A DNA stretch of 64,000 nucleotides from a virus: positions 1 to 64,000 of IMG/VR virus record IMGVR_UViG_3300021180_000008. One strand, written 5' to 3'. The position numbers were made by a program, and so were the translations under genes. How positions within the stretch are numbered: position 1 is the first letter of the stretch; every line of letters begins with the position of its first letter. Shown here piece after piece: positions 47,146 to 57,939 of this stretch. The notes beneath the pieces are model-generated. The model was given only the letters and a program-made list of their open reading frames with translations, was not told the origin of the DNA and made no database searches.

Positions 47146-47690
47146 TGACCGATGCTTGTACTATTGACTGGGATTTCATACAGTCTTTAGAAGGCTTTAG
47201 GATTGAAGGCTATGTCCCTTCAGATACTAGTGGTGTTACCATTGGTACTGGATTTGATATAGGCCAGCACTCTAAAGCTGCATTACAAGCATTTGGATTT
47301 ACTGAGAGTACTCTGACTAAGCTACTTCCCTTTTCCGGCTTAGTCGGTGATGACGCTAGGGGGGCTCTTAACCGGGCTCCTCTAGTTCTAAATACCCAAG
47401 AAGCTCAAGAGCTTGATGCATGTGTTCATAAGAGCTATGTATCTCAGATCGAATCAGAGTATAATCAAAACTCTGACTTTGTATTTAGCTTCTTAGACTC
47501 GGCTAAACAGACAGTGATTATGTCGGTAGGGTTCCAATACGGTTCTCTTAAGACACGCTGCCCTAACTTCTTCAGTGCTATCACACAGGGATTGTGGCAG
47601 AAGGCAGTGGATGAACTTAGTAACTTTGGCGATGCATATCCCACACGCCGCAAGAAAGAAGCTGTTCTATTAGCTTCATCATTACAATAA
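47145..47690 (+). CDS. Endolysin, pesticin-C-terminal-like muramidase
   Basis: IDWDFI..LEG...GYVP...SGVTIGTGFDIG, QTVIMSV.FQYG, YPTRRKKEA. Confidence 0.85.
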   Translation: MTDACTIDWDFIQSLEGFRIEGYVPSDTSGVTIGTGFDIGQHSKAALQAFGFTESTLTKLLPFSGLVGDDARGALNRAPLVLNTQEAQELDACVHKSYVSQIESEYNQNSDFVFSFLDSAKQTVIMSVGFQYGSLKTRCPNFFSAITQGLWQKAVDELSNFGDAYPTRRKKEAVLLASSLQ

Positions 47691-47700
47691 GGAATAATAA

Positions 47701-47994
47701 ATGCTTCATCTATTAAAAATCCATGCTAAACAGATTGTCAAAGCCATTGCACAGATTACTAACGTTGTTGCTGTGGCTGTTGGTGGTCTGCAAGCTTCAG
47801 GTGTACTGACTTTGCTTGATGCTAAACTGAACGTAGAGATTACGCTTGGTATCATCTTGCTTAACATGCTGGCCCACTACCTGAAGCCTTACGAAGAGCC
47901 CACTACAGCGCTCCCTACTGCTGCGGTCTCTACTGCCCCTCCTGTAGTCGCCGCCCCAGCAAATGCGAACTCATCCGCAACCCCTTCAGCCTAA
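47701..47994 (+). CDS. Holin-like membrane protein
   Basis: Two TM segments; directly after endolysin; TAAGGA SD. Confidence 0.55.
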   Translation: MLHLLKIHAKQIVKAIAQITNVVAVAVGGLQASGVLTLLDAKLNVEITLGIILLNMLAHYLKPYEEPTTALPTAAVSTAPPVVAAPANANSSATPSA

Positions 47995-47995
47995 C

Positions 47996-48268
47996 ATGAA
48001 TTGGATCAGTCTCATAACTGGTCCTCTTCTACCGCTAATCAAAAGCCTAGGAAGTTTTGTGTCAACACAGCTTCTTAGGCTTTCTGCTATTAGGCAAGGT
48101 AAAGAGGACCAGCGTTTAACAGATCTCAACAACGAGGAACACAGTGAAGAAGAAGCTGCTCAAATTAATGCGCGTGTTAACGGCTTGTCTAATGACGAGC
48201 TGGCTAGTCTCTTGCGCGGGGGATTACCAGAAGGCGTCCATCCCAGTAACAAAAAGCCAAGGGATTGA
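47996..48268 (+). CDS. Putative inner-membrane spanin
   Basis: Hydrophobic N-terminus plus coiled region; overlaps a lipoprotein ORF. Confidence 0.5.
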   Translation: MNWISLITGPLLPLIKSLGSFVSTQLLRLSAIRQGKEDQRLTDLNNEEHSEEEAAQINARVNGLSNDELASLLRGGLPEGVHPSNKKPRD

Positions 48269-48389
48269 TCTCTGTCATGCAGGTATTATGCCCTTTAGTC
48301 TAGAACCAGATGAGCATGTGGATAGAGACAACCTTAAGAAGATGGTTGCTATTAATATGCTACTGGCGGAGAGATGTGGTATTAAGTAA
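48168..48389 (+). CDS. Putative outer-membrane spanin lipoprotein
   Basis: MRVLTACLMTSWLVSC lipobox, C-terminal Cys; overlapping arrangement. Confidence 0.55.
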   Translation: MRVLTACLMTSWLVSCAGDYQKASIPVTKSQGIDLCHAGIMPFSLEPDEHVDRDNLKKMVAINMLLAERCGIK

Positions 48390-48676
48390 TGAAAGTCACA
48401 CAGAAGATATGTGATTACTGGAGATATAAAGAAGGATGGCTTTTAAAGCCTTCAGATAAAGTCAGCTACTATAGGCTATTTGGGTATAATATAACTGTAA
48501 CCAGAATATCAAATCGTAAATTTGAATTCTCTAAATCCTGGCTTACTACCTACTGCCATAAAACCCATAATTGCTATCCATGGTATGTATTGAGATTTCT
48601 AGGGTATTACTTACAGATATCTAAATCTTATACCTGCTTACAGCTATTACTAGAGAGATACTCTAATCCCGCTTAG
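48389..48676 (+). CDS. Hypothetical protein (last plus-strand gene)
   Basis: TAATG coupling; internal repeat R.FG/LGY.I. Confidence 0.4.
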   Translation: MKVTQKICDYWRYKEGWLLKPSDKVSYYRLFGYNITVTRISNRKFEFSKSWLTTYCHKTHNCYPWYVLRFLGYYLQISKSYTCLQLLLERYSNPA

Positions 48677-48851
48677 CAGGGACAGGTCTATACTCTTTGC
48701 AAATGCCATCAAGACAATAGCCATTAGCCCGAATACCTTCTCTAATCTCTTTGGTATGCTTCTTTATCTCTTGACCTAATCTCTGTAGCTCTTTAGGAGC
48801 TGCTAGAATTTCTTTAATCATCTTACTCTCCCCTGTGATTGATACGCTCAT
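48663..48851 (-). CDS. Hypothetical protein
   Basis: Short ORF at the convergence point. Confidence 0.4.
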   Translation of the reverse strand: MSVSITGESKMIKEILAAPKELQRLGQEIKKHTKEIREGIRANGYCLDGICKEYRPVPAKRD

Positions 48852-49032
48852 TTAAGAGACGTACAGTTACTTCTAAGTCCTTTAGTACTTCTTGAAAGTT
48901 AAATATGCCTTTAAGAAGATACCATATTAAGGCAGCTTCAAAGAAAGCCATCACTGACAATGCTGCTATAGCAATATTATTATTGTTAATCAGGTTGTAG
49001 ATGCCTGACGATGCTGAGTTAATAGGGTCCAT
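48823..49032 (-). CDS. Small membrane protein
   Basis: Single TM plus coiled-coil; start MDPINS just after the large virion gene. Confidence 0.5.
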   Translation of the reverse strand: MDPINSASSGIYNLINNNNIAIAALSVMAFFEAALIWYLLKGIFNFQEVLKDLEVTVRLLNERINHRGE

Positions 49033-49033
49033 G

Positions 49034-52000
49034 CTATCTACCTTGTTCCTGATTGTATTGTTGCCAGAATTGGTTAACTCCAAACGTACCCCTGTATAGC
49101 CCCTGTTTACCACCTAGATTAGCTCTGGTTGGTGCCAGGGGTTCTTCGCGTTGTACCATCTGTTGTCTTAATTCATTCATCTTAGAAGCCATATCCAAAG
49201 GCAGGTGATTGTCTTGACAGAACTTGGCATATTCCATAGCAGCCTGTTTCAGATCTTCTTGTGCAGCTTGTACACCTTGGCTATCGCCATTCTTAGCGGC
49301 ATCCATAGCAGTCATCTGTGCATAGGCCATACGTTGCTGGAACCTTGCATCAGCAGTCTGGGTTTCTTTAGATTGCATCTTAGTCTCATGGATTTGCTCA
49401 TTCGCAGAAGCTATCTGGTCTGAAGTAAGGCCTAAAGCCCTAGCCATAACACTCCATGTTGATACTTGATCTGGAGGCAGGGCCCTATAAGGAGCAACAC
49501 CACCCATGCCTGACATAGCCCCTCTGGTAGACAGAAGGTAAGCTTTCTCCATGTTAGAGGCTGCTGTGGGCATAATAGCTTGTGCTATAGAGGCAAACCC
49601 AGGTTGCCCATTCCTATAAGCATTCCATGCACTGGCTGCATTGTTAATCATATTCCCCTCAACCCCAAGAGTGTCAAGGCTATGCCCTTGTTGACCCATA
49701 AGGTTCATAAGCACATCCTCGCCTGGGATGGGTAGTCCTATCCGTTCGGATATCTCTATATTACCAAAAGCCCTTAAAGCTCCGTTAGTAACCAGAACCC
49801 CAGCCTTAGCAGAACCAGTGTCATCAGCTATCTGTTTCTTGATCAGATACTCCCAATCGTAGTCAGTTCCGTTAATCGAGTTATAAGCGGCCTGGGACGT
49901 GTTTAGAAGCAGTTTCATACCAGGTAGGCCCTGTACACCAGAGAATAGTGCAAACGCTCCTAGCATCACCCCAAGGGCTCTACGGCCATCTGTACCACGG
50001 TTGTACATCTTAACCATACTCTCTAGGACGTTATGGTCAAACGACATGAAAGGAATAAGAATTGCCCCACCAGCACCCTGAAGGTATGGAGAGCGATCTA
50101 CCTTGCCTGGAGTACCATTCTCCTCATCACAAGCATACAAAGCCGCACAAAGGGCAGGAGACCAATCCGGATTACGCTGCCTCATGTCCTTATAGATCTC
50201 ATTCGTTTGGTAAAGCTTATCTAGGAAACCCGGTACTTGAGTTTCTTTGGCTCGCATAGTATTAAAGTTAGCCATAAACGAGGTAGTACGGATCATACGC
50301 TCTACCATAGCCAAGGGCTTAGAGAGCCATAGAGCAGCCTGACTAGCCTTGTTAGCGAACTGACCTTGAGCTGTCTCGGTACCGTAGGTATCGCCAGTAG
50401 CGTAGGTTCTGGTGTTTGATTCGGCTAGACGGTTAGTGTCAAGGGCAATCTTAATTGCCTTAGCTTCATCTTGATCTATATCCTTATTGGCGAGCATCTT
50501 ATTGATGATGTCTTCACTATGGACAGCCCCAAACTTATAGTTTAGTTCCTTAGTGTACTTAAGGCTCTTTGCCATGTACTTGCCAATCATAGCCATATTG
50601 TTTAATGGATTCGGATTGATCTGGTTAAGATTACCTAATGTGGCAGTAGGCAGCTTCATTGTCTCTACCAATAGGGATGACATGTTACCACCCATACACC
50701 ATAAGTAGTTAGCCATCCTGAGCATTGAGTAGTCACCACCAGCAGAATTCAGATAGCCTCTTTGTTCCGTACCATTACCATCCATACCACCTATATGCTG
50801 AGCGATCTTGGTTTTAAGATTAGCATCTAACAGTTGAGCGTACTGTCGACGGAAGTAAGGAAGTTTCCTGGCAATGTCCATATGAGACATATAATGAGCA
50901 TCAGTAGTCATCCAAGAGTGTAATACCCTATCCCAATCTCTGGAATAGCCATCAATGTTTCTAGACTTCTTAAACATCTTGGAGAATTCATCAGAAGACA
51001 TCTTAGACGATAGCATATCACGTATATCGTTATATTTATCTGGATCTACATCGCGACTGTTAAGAACACCCATCATAGTCTCAAGGTTATCAAGATTGAT
51101 GCCGTGCAGTCTCATGTTGTCATGAGTTAAGGCAAAGGGCAGACCTATGTCGCGCTTTTGAACCCCGTTCTTATCATGGAGTTGACCATCCATACTATCA
51201 TGGATAACGAAGTCAGAGCCAGAGTATTTCGCCAATTCAGATTTAGCGCGTTCCATAGACCTAGGATCAAACGCTTTATTAAATGTACCGGACTCAACAG
51301 TTATAAGGGCTTTCAAGTCCCCTTTGGCCCAGCGACCTTGAGGATCGTTATTACGGTAGTGTACTGAATAAGCATACTTACCGTAACGTACAGAAGGCAT
51401 GTACTCAGATGATTTTAATTTTGCAAGAGCATCTAGCTCTTCTCCTACAGTTTGTAGGCGGTTTGCCGCAGCTTTGAAGTCGTCTGAGTTACGTGCTTCA
51501 GGTGTAGCATATTTATCATTAAGCTTGGCTGTCTCATCAGCTAAGTCCTGCTTACCGAAGTCCGGCTTAACACCCAACTCTTGAGCTATACTCTTACGCC
51601 ATTCAGTTTCTTTAGCACCTAAAGCCATGCGTCCAGCATCCTGTAAGGCCTTAAGACCCTTTACCAAACCTGGGTTAGTTACGCTAATCTCTTGACCTTC
51701 TTTAAGACTGCCATGATTGACTGCTACATCCTGCATATGATCTTTGTGGTAGTCAAAGCTGACCTTAGTCCCGTCTTGATTAAAGCGTAACAGCTTCTGA
51801 GACTTGTTAACCGCTTTCATAATATCGCAGCATTGAGCTCTGTCAGCCTTATTCAGATCAGCAAAACCACCTTGTAAGGACTTGGCAAACGCTTGTAGGT
51901 ATTGACCTCTCTTCAGAGAAGCATTGTCGTATAGGTTCTTTACTGGGGCAAGGAAAGACTTCCTATCGCACAGATTACGGAATGATTCAATCCACATACC

Positions 52001-55000
52001 CATCCAACCCATCTTCTGAGGATTGGTCTGGAACTTACCGTTCTCGTCTTTAACACCTAACCTAACTTTAGCGTTATCGTCGTAAATGGTATTACAAGCA
52101 TCTTCGTGATCCTTTGCGTACTTCTTATGGAAGTCTGTCGCAATCGCTTGGGCACGTGCGTATTGAATTTGATGCATAGCGTCATTGATATGATCCTTTG
52201 CAAGTTTACCATCTAATGCGGATTTCATAATACTGTCGAATGATTGGAAGCCAAGGCCTCGCATCATATTACGGGACTTATCCATAAAGTCTAGAACTTG
52301 CTTAATACTCTGACGCAGTACGAAGGGGATGCCTTTCATAGCCGTAGGATCTTGGCTAAAGCGTTTGTAGCCTTCTTTACCGGCAGCATTAGCCCAAAGT
52401 TCTTCTAGACCACGCTTAGAACCTAGGTAAGCATCAAAGTTCTGATCCTTTAAGAAACCATCTTGCTGGAAGTAGTCTTTAAGCTTAGCAGCGTTCTCAT
52501 GAACAATCTGCTTCATTTCAGGTGTCATAGCAAACTTCCATAAGAAGTGAGCACCTTCATGGTAGCCAGCTTCAATACGGTCTGCTTCAGTATAGCCATT
52601 ACCAAATGAAACATAGATGTGATTAAGCAGTTGAGCACCTAAGACCGGATCGTGATGGATATTGTCTATAAGCTTCTCTACTGCATGGAACTGAGTTCTA
52701 TTACCAGTCACCTCCCCTACGATACGTTTGATTTGATCAATGCTCTTAGAAAGAAACTTCTTCTGCTCATCACCCATAGGGATTTTAGATAAGGCGTCGT
52801 TTACTCTCTTAGGCTGTAGAATGTCATTAGAGACCGTACCATAAGTTGGTATGTTTTCAACTCTATGCTGGAATTCAGTATTGTCAAACTTAGGTTCTAA
52901 GTTCTCACTAAGGTTCTTAACCGATAGTCCATGAATAATATCTTGAGGTGTCGTGGTCTCTGTAATAGGAATACCATTGGCCTTAGCTTCCTTAATCAAA
53001 GTAGGTGTAAGGGTATCAGGCATCTTACCATTAAGAGCTTTGATAAGGCGCTTACGACCAGCGTCAGTTAAGTTCTTCTCTTGGAACGACATAATAGCAT
53101 CGGGATTATCAAGACCCTGAACATAGTTATTAATTACATCACGGGCTTTAGCCACATCATGTGTAGTAAATAAGCTTGAGGGATGTATTAGCCAGGATGG
53201 TCTGTTAGCCAGCATCTCAGGTGTCTGAGCTCTAACCATAGGACCCAGACCATCCTTGGTAGGAATGTAGCCTCTGGCTTGTGCTTGCCCCTTTAACGCA
53301 TCTGGATTAGCTTTAGGCAGACCAAACAACTCTGGGTGTGAAGTCGCTAGTTGATTAGCCATATCGGTGTAAACACGCATACGATCTTCAGGATCAGTAA
53401 GGCCATGTAGCACTTTAGTCATATCTTCAACAGTAATACCAGCACGTTTAAAACGACTGATATAGTCCTCAGGCATATCTTGAGGATAGAGTAGAGAGGG
53501 ATCTAGAGAAGGTGATTCTACTTTAGGAGCTTCTTTCTCTGTAAACAGATTACCTTGGCTTAATGGCTGAGGCTGTGTCAGATCACTTGGCTTACCTTCT
53601 TCTTGGTTCCAGCCTAGCTTCTGTCCTATCTTCTCTAAAGAAGGTTCCGGTGTAGGAGCATGTACAGCACCAGCCACAGCACCAAACATACCACCACCAA
53701 TAGCATTATTTAGACCAGAGTCAACTATTCTGGAGAAGTTCTGAGCAGAGAACACATCAGGATTAGAACCAAGTATAGCTTCACCCAGTACACCAATGCT
53801 TTCTGCACCCATACCAGCAGCGCCCATCTTAGCACCTTGAGTTAAAGCTTCTCGGGCAGCAAGTTTCATCATTCCTGATTGATCAGTGACAGGAAGCAGT
53901 TTATCTAGGATACTGTGTGTTGTGGCTTCAGCAGCAGTTTTCTTATTACCGAATATAGAATTCCACATGCTCATTTCAGGCAGCATGTATACACCAGTCT
54001 CGAGTCCCCCGATAAGAGCGGCCCCCATTGGGTCATCGTGACCTTGCTGCATAAGACTAGCATATTCCCCAGCAATCTGTTGAGGAGCCATAGCACCAGT
54101 AACAGCTAAGGCAGCGCCCTTAGCAGCTATTTCATTTTGAGCTTTCTGAGTAGCGAGGTCTTGTGTCATTCCCTCAGCCATGTACTTAGAAGCCGCTTCT
54201 TCTGCAGTATCAGCAAGAACCTTAGATGCTATCTTACTACCAAGATAACCTTCTCCAGCAATAGGAATGACACCAGCTAGGTTCTCACCTACTTGCCCCT
54301 TAAGATAAGGAATGACATCACCAGGTCCCTTGATGTCGTGAATAGAGCCTACTTGTGCTCCATATTGCTTTTGTATGTCAGCCGACTTATTAGCATAGTC
54401 AATCATATCTTGTTTGTTATCGAAGCTGGTACCAAACAGTTCATTAGCAGCGCTCTTACCAAAAGCTGGTAAAGCATTCTCCATAAGGTTAGCTGTATCG
54501 GCAATAGAGCGATGTACGCCCTTCATTACCTCACCCATATCTGGATTAGCTTCTCTACGTGCTATCTCAGCATTGATATCGTCTATAGAATAAGGTGACG
54601 CATCAGATTGCACTTGCTGAGGATTGGTAGTTGTAGGTTGTTGGTTCTGAGCGTAGTAGCCTTGAGGAATTACCTTAGCTTGATAAGCACTAGGATCTTT
54701 AGTTACAAAGCCACCATAAGCTGCTACAGCCGCAGGGACATCGCCATTGTGCTGGGATATAAGATGTTGGTAGTATCGCCCTGCTGCATCAATAGACTGG
54801 TAAGGATCAGTAGGATCAATACCCATCTGTTTAGCAGTGCTAGGCATGAATTGCATAAGACCTGTCGCGCCTGAATCTGGATTTACTGCACTAGGGTTGA
54901 AGCTACTTTCAGCTCCCGCAGTATTAGCCAGCAGGCCCGCAGGCAGTCCATACTTCTGCTCTGTCTGAGCTATGGTAGGAGCAAGGGCTTGGTAATTAGG

Positions 55001-55099
55001 ATTAGCAGAGAAGTCCTGTCCGTTCATAGGAGCAGTAGACTGTCGTCTTGCTATCTCAGCATTAATGTCATCTATTGAGAATTGTGAAGGGTCGGTCAT
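49034..55099 (-). CDS. Large internal virion/ejection protein with N-terminal lytic transglycosylase domain
   Basis: AESSFNPSAVN..SGATGLMQFMPSTA SLT motif; HEGAH (HExxH) motif centrally; 2021 aa. Confidence 0.85.
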   Translation of the reverse strand: MTDPSQFSIDDINAEIARRQSTAPMNGQDFSANPNYQALAPTIAQTEQKYGLPAGLLANTAGAESSFNPSAVNPDSGATGLMQFMPSTAKQMGIDPTDPYQSIDAAGRYYQHLISQHNGDVPAAVAAYGGFVTKDPSAYQAKVIPQGYYAQNQQPTTTNPQQVQSDASPYSIDDINAEIARREANPDMGEVMKGVHRSIADTANLMENALPAFGKSAANELFGTSFDNKQDMIDYANKSADIQKQYGAQVGSIHDIKGPGDVIPYLKGQVGENLAGVIPIAGEGYLGSKIASKVLADTAEEAASKYMAEGMTQDLATQKAQNEIAAKGAALAVTGAMAPQQIAGEYASLMQQGHDDPMGAALIGGLETGVYMLPEMSMWNSIFGNKKTAAEATTHSILDKLLPVTDQSGMMKLAAREALTQGAKMGAAGMGAESIGVLGEAILGSNPDVFSAQNFSRIVDSGLNNAIGGGMFGAVAGAVHAPTPEPSLEKIGQKLGWNQEEGKPSDLTQPQPLSQGNLFTEKEAPKVESPSLDPSLLYPQDMPEDYISRFKRAGITVEDMTKVLHGLTDPEDRMRVYTDMANQLATSHPELFGLPKANPDALKGQAQARGYIPTKDGLGPMVRAQTPEMLANRPSWLIHPSSLFTTHDVAKARDVINNYVQGLDNPDAIMSFQEKNLTDAGRKRLIKALNGKMPDTLTPTLIKEAKANGIPITETTTPQDIIHGLSVKNLSENLEPKFDNTEFQHRVENIPTYGTVSNDILQPKRVNDALSKIPMGDEQKKFLSKSIDQIKRIVGEVTGNRTQFHAVEKLIDNIHHDPVLGAQLLNHIYVSFGNGYTEADRIEAGYHEGAHFLWKFAMTPEMKQIVHENAAKLKDYFQQDGFLKDQNFDAYLGSKRGLEELWANAAGKEGYKRFSQDPTAMKGIPFVLRQSIKQVLDFMDKSRNMMRGLGFQSFDSIMKSALDGKLAKDHINDAMHQIQYARAQAIATDFHKKYAKDHEDACNTIYDDNAKVRLGVKDENGKFQTNPQKMGWMGMWIESFRNLCDRKSFLAPVKNLYDNASLKRGQYLQAFAKSLQGGFADLNKADRAQCCDIMKAVNKSQKLLRFNQDGTKVSFDYHKDHMQDVAVNHGSLKEGQEISVTNPGLVKGLKALQDAGRMALGAKETEWRKSIAQELGVKPDFGKQDLADETAKLNDKYATPEARNSDDFKAAANRLQTVGEELDALAKLKSSEYMPSVRYGKYAYSVHYRNNDPQGRWAKGDLKALITVESGTFNKAFDPRSMERAKSELAKYSGSDFVIHDSMDGQLHDKNGVQKRDIGLPFALTHDNMRLHGINLDNLETMMGVLNSRDVDPDKYNDIRDMLSSKMSSDEFSKMFKKSRNIDGYSRDWDRVLHSWMTTDAHYMSHMDIARKLPYFRRQYAQLLDANLKTKIAQHIGGMDGNGTEQRGYLNSAGGDYSMLRMANYLWCMGGNMSSLLVETMKLPTATLGNLNQINPNPLNNMAMIGKYMAKSLKYTKELNYKFGAVHSEDIINKMLANKDIDQDEAKAIKIALDTNRLAESNTRTYATGDTYGTETAQGQFANKASQAALWLSKPLAMVERMIRTTSFMANFNTMRAKETQVPGFLDKLYQTNEIYKDMRQRNPDWSPALCAALYACDEENGTPGKVDRSPYLQGAGGAILIPFMSFDHNVLESMVKMYNRGTDGRRALGVMLGAFALFSGVQGLPGMKLLLNTSQAAYNSINGTDYDWEYLIKKQIADDTGSAKAGVLVTNGALRAFGNIEISERIGLPIPGEDVLMNLMGQQGHSLDTLGVEGNMINNAASAWNAYRNGQPGFASIAQAIMPTAASNMEKAYLLSTRGAMSGMGGVAPYRALPPDQVSTWSVMARALGLTSDQIASANEQIHETKMQSKETQTADARFQQRMAYAQMTAMDAAKNGDSQGVQAAQEDLKQAAMEYAKFCQDNHLPLDMASKMNELRQQMVQREEPLAPTRANLGGKQGLYRGTFGVNQFWQQYNQEQGR

Positions 55100-55108
55100 G
55101 GGGTATCA

Positions 55109-57937
55109 TCACTGCCCGTATTGGGATTTCAGAGCCTTTAATTGATCTAGTGTCATTCCCCCTAAGCCCGGCATCGAGCCCATACCACTACCTTGTTGTT
55201 GTTGTTGTGGCTGTCCTACCATCTGATTGAACTTCATCATCTGGGCTATCTGCTGTTCCGGTGTCATAGACAGCAATGCAGGTTCCAGCGGAGCCATTGC
55301 CTTAGCCCAGTTTTGAGCTTGTTCAGCAGGTGTACCACCCATAGCTCTAGTACGTTCAGCAGCAGCTTGAGCTTGTTGCAGTTGGATTTTGTATTGAAGA
55401 TCTTGACCTTGGTAACCAGCCCTTTGTACATCAGCTCCTGCTCGTTGTTGAGCAGCACTAGCCATAGCTTGTCTGTATCCAGCCATTGCGTCAATTTGGC
55501 GTTGTTGCATAGCCTGATTAACAATACCCCCACCGTAACCAGCCATATCAGCAGCAAAGTTACCATGACCAGCATAAGGAGACATCATAGCAGCAGTGCC
55601 AGCCATTGATTGAAGTGATTGAGGCATACCTAAAGCATTATCGTATTGTGGTTGAGCGTTTACTGTTTGTGACGGTTGACCATTAGCAAGGTCTTGTATA
55701 TTCTGAGCGTACGCGATATCGTCCTTAGTAATACCAGCTTGCTTAGCTGCAGCACTTTGTTGAAGAGCCTGAGCTTTCATATTAGCAATCTTATTCTGAA
55801 CAGCAGCAGGTTGTTCAGGGGCAGGAGCTGAAGGATTAGACATAGCATTCATGGCAGCAAGGGAACCTACGCCAGCCAAGGATGTAGCTACTCCAGGGTA
55901 TGCAGCAGCTAATGATCCAGCCCCAGCAATAGCAGGAGCGGCCTCAGGACCCATAGCTCCAGCAGCAAGGGCGGCAGGTATAATAGCAGCACCTACAGCA
56001 GCAGGACCTAAGATTGGGTGTTGACTAAGAGTGTTCTCAAGATTTGGAGAAGCTTGGTTTAAGTAGTAGTGTTCAGCAGTACCAAAGTCTTGCATAGCAG
56101 GGTAGATGTAGTCGCTCCACAAAGAGCCCTGACCATTGGTAGGAACTCCACCATTGTCATAACCTACTACACCACCACGAGCATAGCCAGCAGGTAAAGC
56201 TTCAGGATTGGTACCCAGCATTTGATTCACGAAGTTTTGAGCTCTAGCATCATCAATAAGATTGCCTACGTTATAGAGACTACCAGGAGTTGTCATAGTC
56301 TGAGGTACAGTAGCTATAGAACCACCATTATCGTAACCTACTAATCCACCATGCGAATAGCATCCACCAGCACTAGCACCAAAGTTTTGATGTTCTTTAA
56401 CCATACCACCATGGGCGTAACCATTAATAGAATGGGGTACTTGACCACCGATCATTAAGCCAATTTGAGGTTGTGCAGCACCTGGAGCAACCATACCCGG
56501 CATAGAGGGGTTAGCAAGGCCTTGTGAGGGGGTTGAGCCCATAGGACCTGGTTGCTGCCCGAACTGTTGAGCAAGTGCCTGTAGGCCTTGTAATGCCTCA
56601 GGAGAGGCTGTTTTAGTCTTGGCTATATGGGTCTTGGAAGGCTTGTGTAATAGACCAGCAGTTCTTTGACCATGGGAGAGGTGAGCAGGATTGACTAGAC
56701 CACCCTTCTTATAGCCCTTAAGACCTTCTCTATTGTAGCCAAGATGAGGTAAGTCTCTTGACATATCGTGCCAGTAACTAGGAGCTCCAGGAGCATTGTG
56801 AGAGTTTACAGCACCACCTTGACGATAGTTCATAAATTCAGTACTGGTGCTAGAATCATAAGTTGGTGCAATCAGAGCCTGATCAGCAGATAGATAATTA
56901 CCCGCAGTATCTTGTGTGACACCAGCTTGGTTCAAGGCACCTTGTTGAGTAAAGGGCTGAGATAGCATATTACTAAGATTTAGACCGGATAGACTTTGAC
57001 CCAAAGCAAGACCTTGTGTCATAGCAGAAGGCTGTTGAAGCGTTTGTGTAGAAGAGTTAATACCATAAGCACTAGCAGCCGGAGCCATAACCGATTGAAG
57101 GTTCGTAAGTTGCTGCCAAGGATACTGTGCTTGTTGTAGAGCGTTCTGTTGACCCGCTGTAAGCTGTTGTTGAGCCAGTTGTTGTTGTGTTTGACCGGAA
57201 GCTTGAAGAGCCTGAAGTCCCTGAAGACCGGTAGTTTGCTGACCAGTAGCGAGATTACCTAATTGAGCAGAACCTGCCAGACCTTGGTTGATGCCAGTCT
57301 GATAGCCTTGCATAGCAGTATTAAAGCCTTGGTTTAGAATACCAGCTTGTTGAGCACCAAGGTTCATCATGAAGTTAGAAGCCAGTTGACCTTGAGCTAA
57401 GCCAGTTCTAGAGTTACCAAAAGCACCTGACCCAGCAGCTTGTTCATTAAGCTGGTTCTGAGCAATACCGTAATTCTGATAAGCTTGTTGATTTGAGGTA
57501 TTGAGTACATTCTGGATGTACGGGTTCATATAGGACTGGAATTGAGAGTTATTCAGTCCTTGGGTAGCTTGATTCGCTAATTGACCAGTATTGCCAATAG
57601 CCTGATTATAAGGAGCTTGGTACTGACCTTGTATATCACTAATGCCTTGAAAGGCTTGAGTTTGTTGAGGATTGAAGCCAGCAACCTGGTAGTTCATCGC
57701 CGGATTATAGGGCGTCTGAGCTAAGGATGTTGCTTGAGATACGTTATTCTGATAAGGATTAGCAAGCCAAGAAGGAAGGCTATTTACCGAGGTCCCTGTA
57801 GCAGGAGCGCCTTGAGAAGGGTTACCACCACCCAAAGACCCACCTATTGCTGAGCCAGCTAAGGCACCTAGTTGTGGCTGACCTATAAAAGAACCGGCTA
57901 TACCGCCAACCAAGCCACCAATTGATCCACCAGACAT
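55109..57937 (-). CDS. DNA ejection/pilot protein
   Basis: Gly/Gln/Ala-rich; YMNPYIQNV, AAGSGAFGNSR; repeated GY..GG.V motifs. Confidence 0.75.
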   Translation of the reverse strand: MSGGSIGGLVGGIAGSFIGQPQLGALAGSAIGGSLGGGNPSQGAPATGTSVNSLPSWLANPYQNNVSQATSLAQTPYNPAMNYQVAGFNPQQTQAFQGISDIQGQYQAPYNQAIGNTGQLANQATQGLNNSQFQSYMNPYIQNVLNTSNQQAYQNYGIAQNQLNEQAAGSGAFGNSRTGLAQGQLASNFMMNLGAQQAGILNQGFNTAMQGYQTGINQGLAGSAQLGNLATGQQTTGLQGLQALQASGQTQQQLAQQQLTAGQQNALQQAQYPWQQLTNLQSVMAPAASAYGINSSTQTLQQPSAMTQGLALGQSLSGLNLSNMLSQPFTQQGALNQAGVTQDTAGNYLSADQALIAPTYDSSTSTEFMNYRQGGAVNSHNAPGAPSYWHDMSRDLPHLGYNREGLKGYKKGGLVNPAHLSHGQRTAGLLHKPSKTHIAKTKTASPEALQGLQALAQQFGQQPGPMGSTPSQGLANPSMPGMVAPGAAQPQIGLMIGGQVPHSINGYAHGGMVKEHQNFGASAGGCYSHGGLVGYDNGGSIATVPQTMTTPGSLYNVGNLIDDARAQNFVNQMLGTNPEALPAGYARGGVVGYDNGGVPTNGQGSLWSDYIYPAMQDFGTAEHYYLNQASPNLENTLSQHPILGPAAVGAAIIPAALAAGAMGPEAAPAIAGAGSLAAAYPGVATSLAGVGSLAAMNAMSNPSAPAPEQPAAVQNKIANMKAQALQQSAAAKQAGITKDDIAYAQNIQDLANGQPSQTVNAQPQYDNALGMPQSLQSMAGTAAMMSPYAGHGNFAADMAGYGGGIVNQAMQQRQIDAMAGYRQAMASAAQQRAGADVQRAGYQGQDLQYKIQLQQAQAAAERTRAMGGTPAEQAQNWAKAMAPLEPALLSMTPEQQIAQMMKFNQMVGQPQQQQQGSGMGSMPGLGGMTLDQLKALKSQYGQ

Positions 57938-57939
57938 GC

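Noticed and set aside
49034-55099. N4-like virion RNA polymerase
   Set aside because: No polymerase motifs recognised; SLT and HExxH motifs fit an ejection protein
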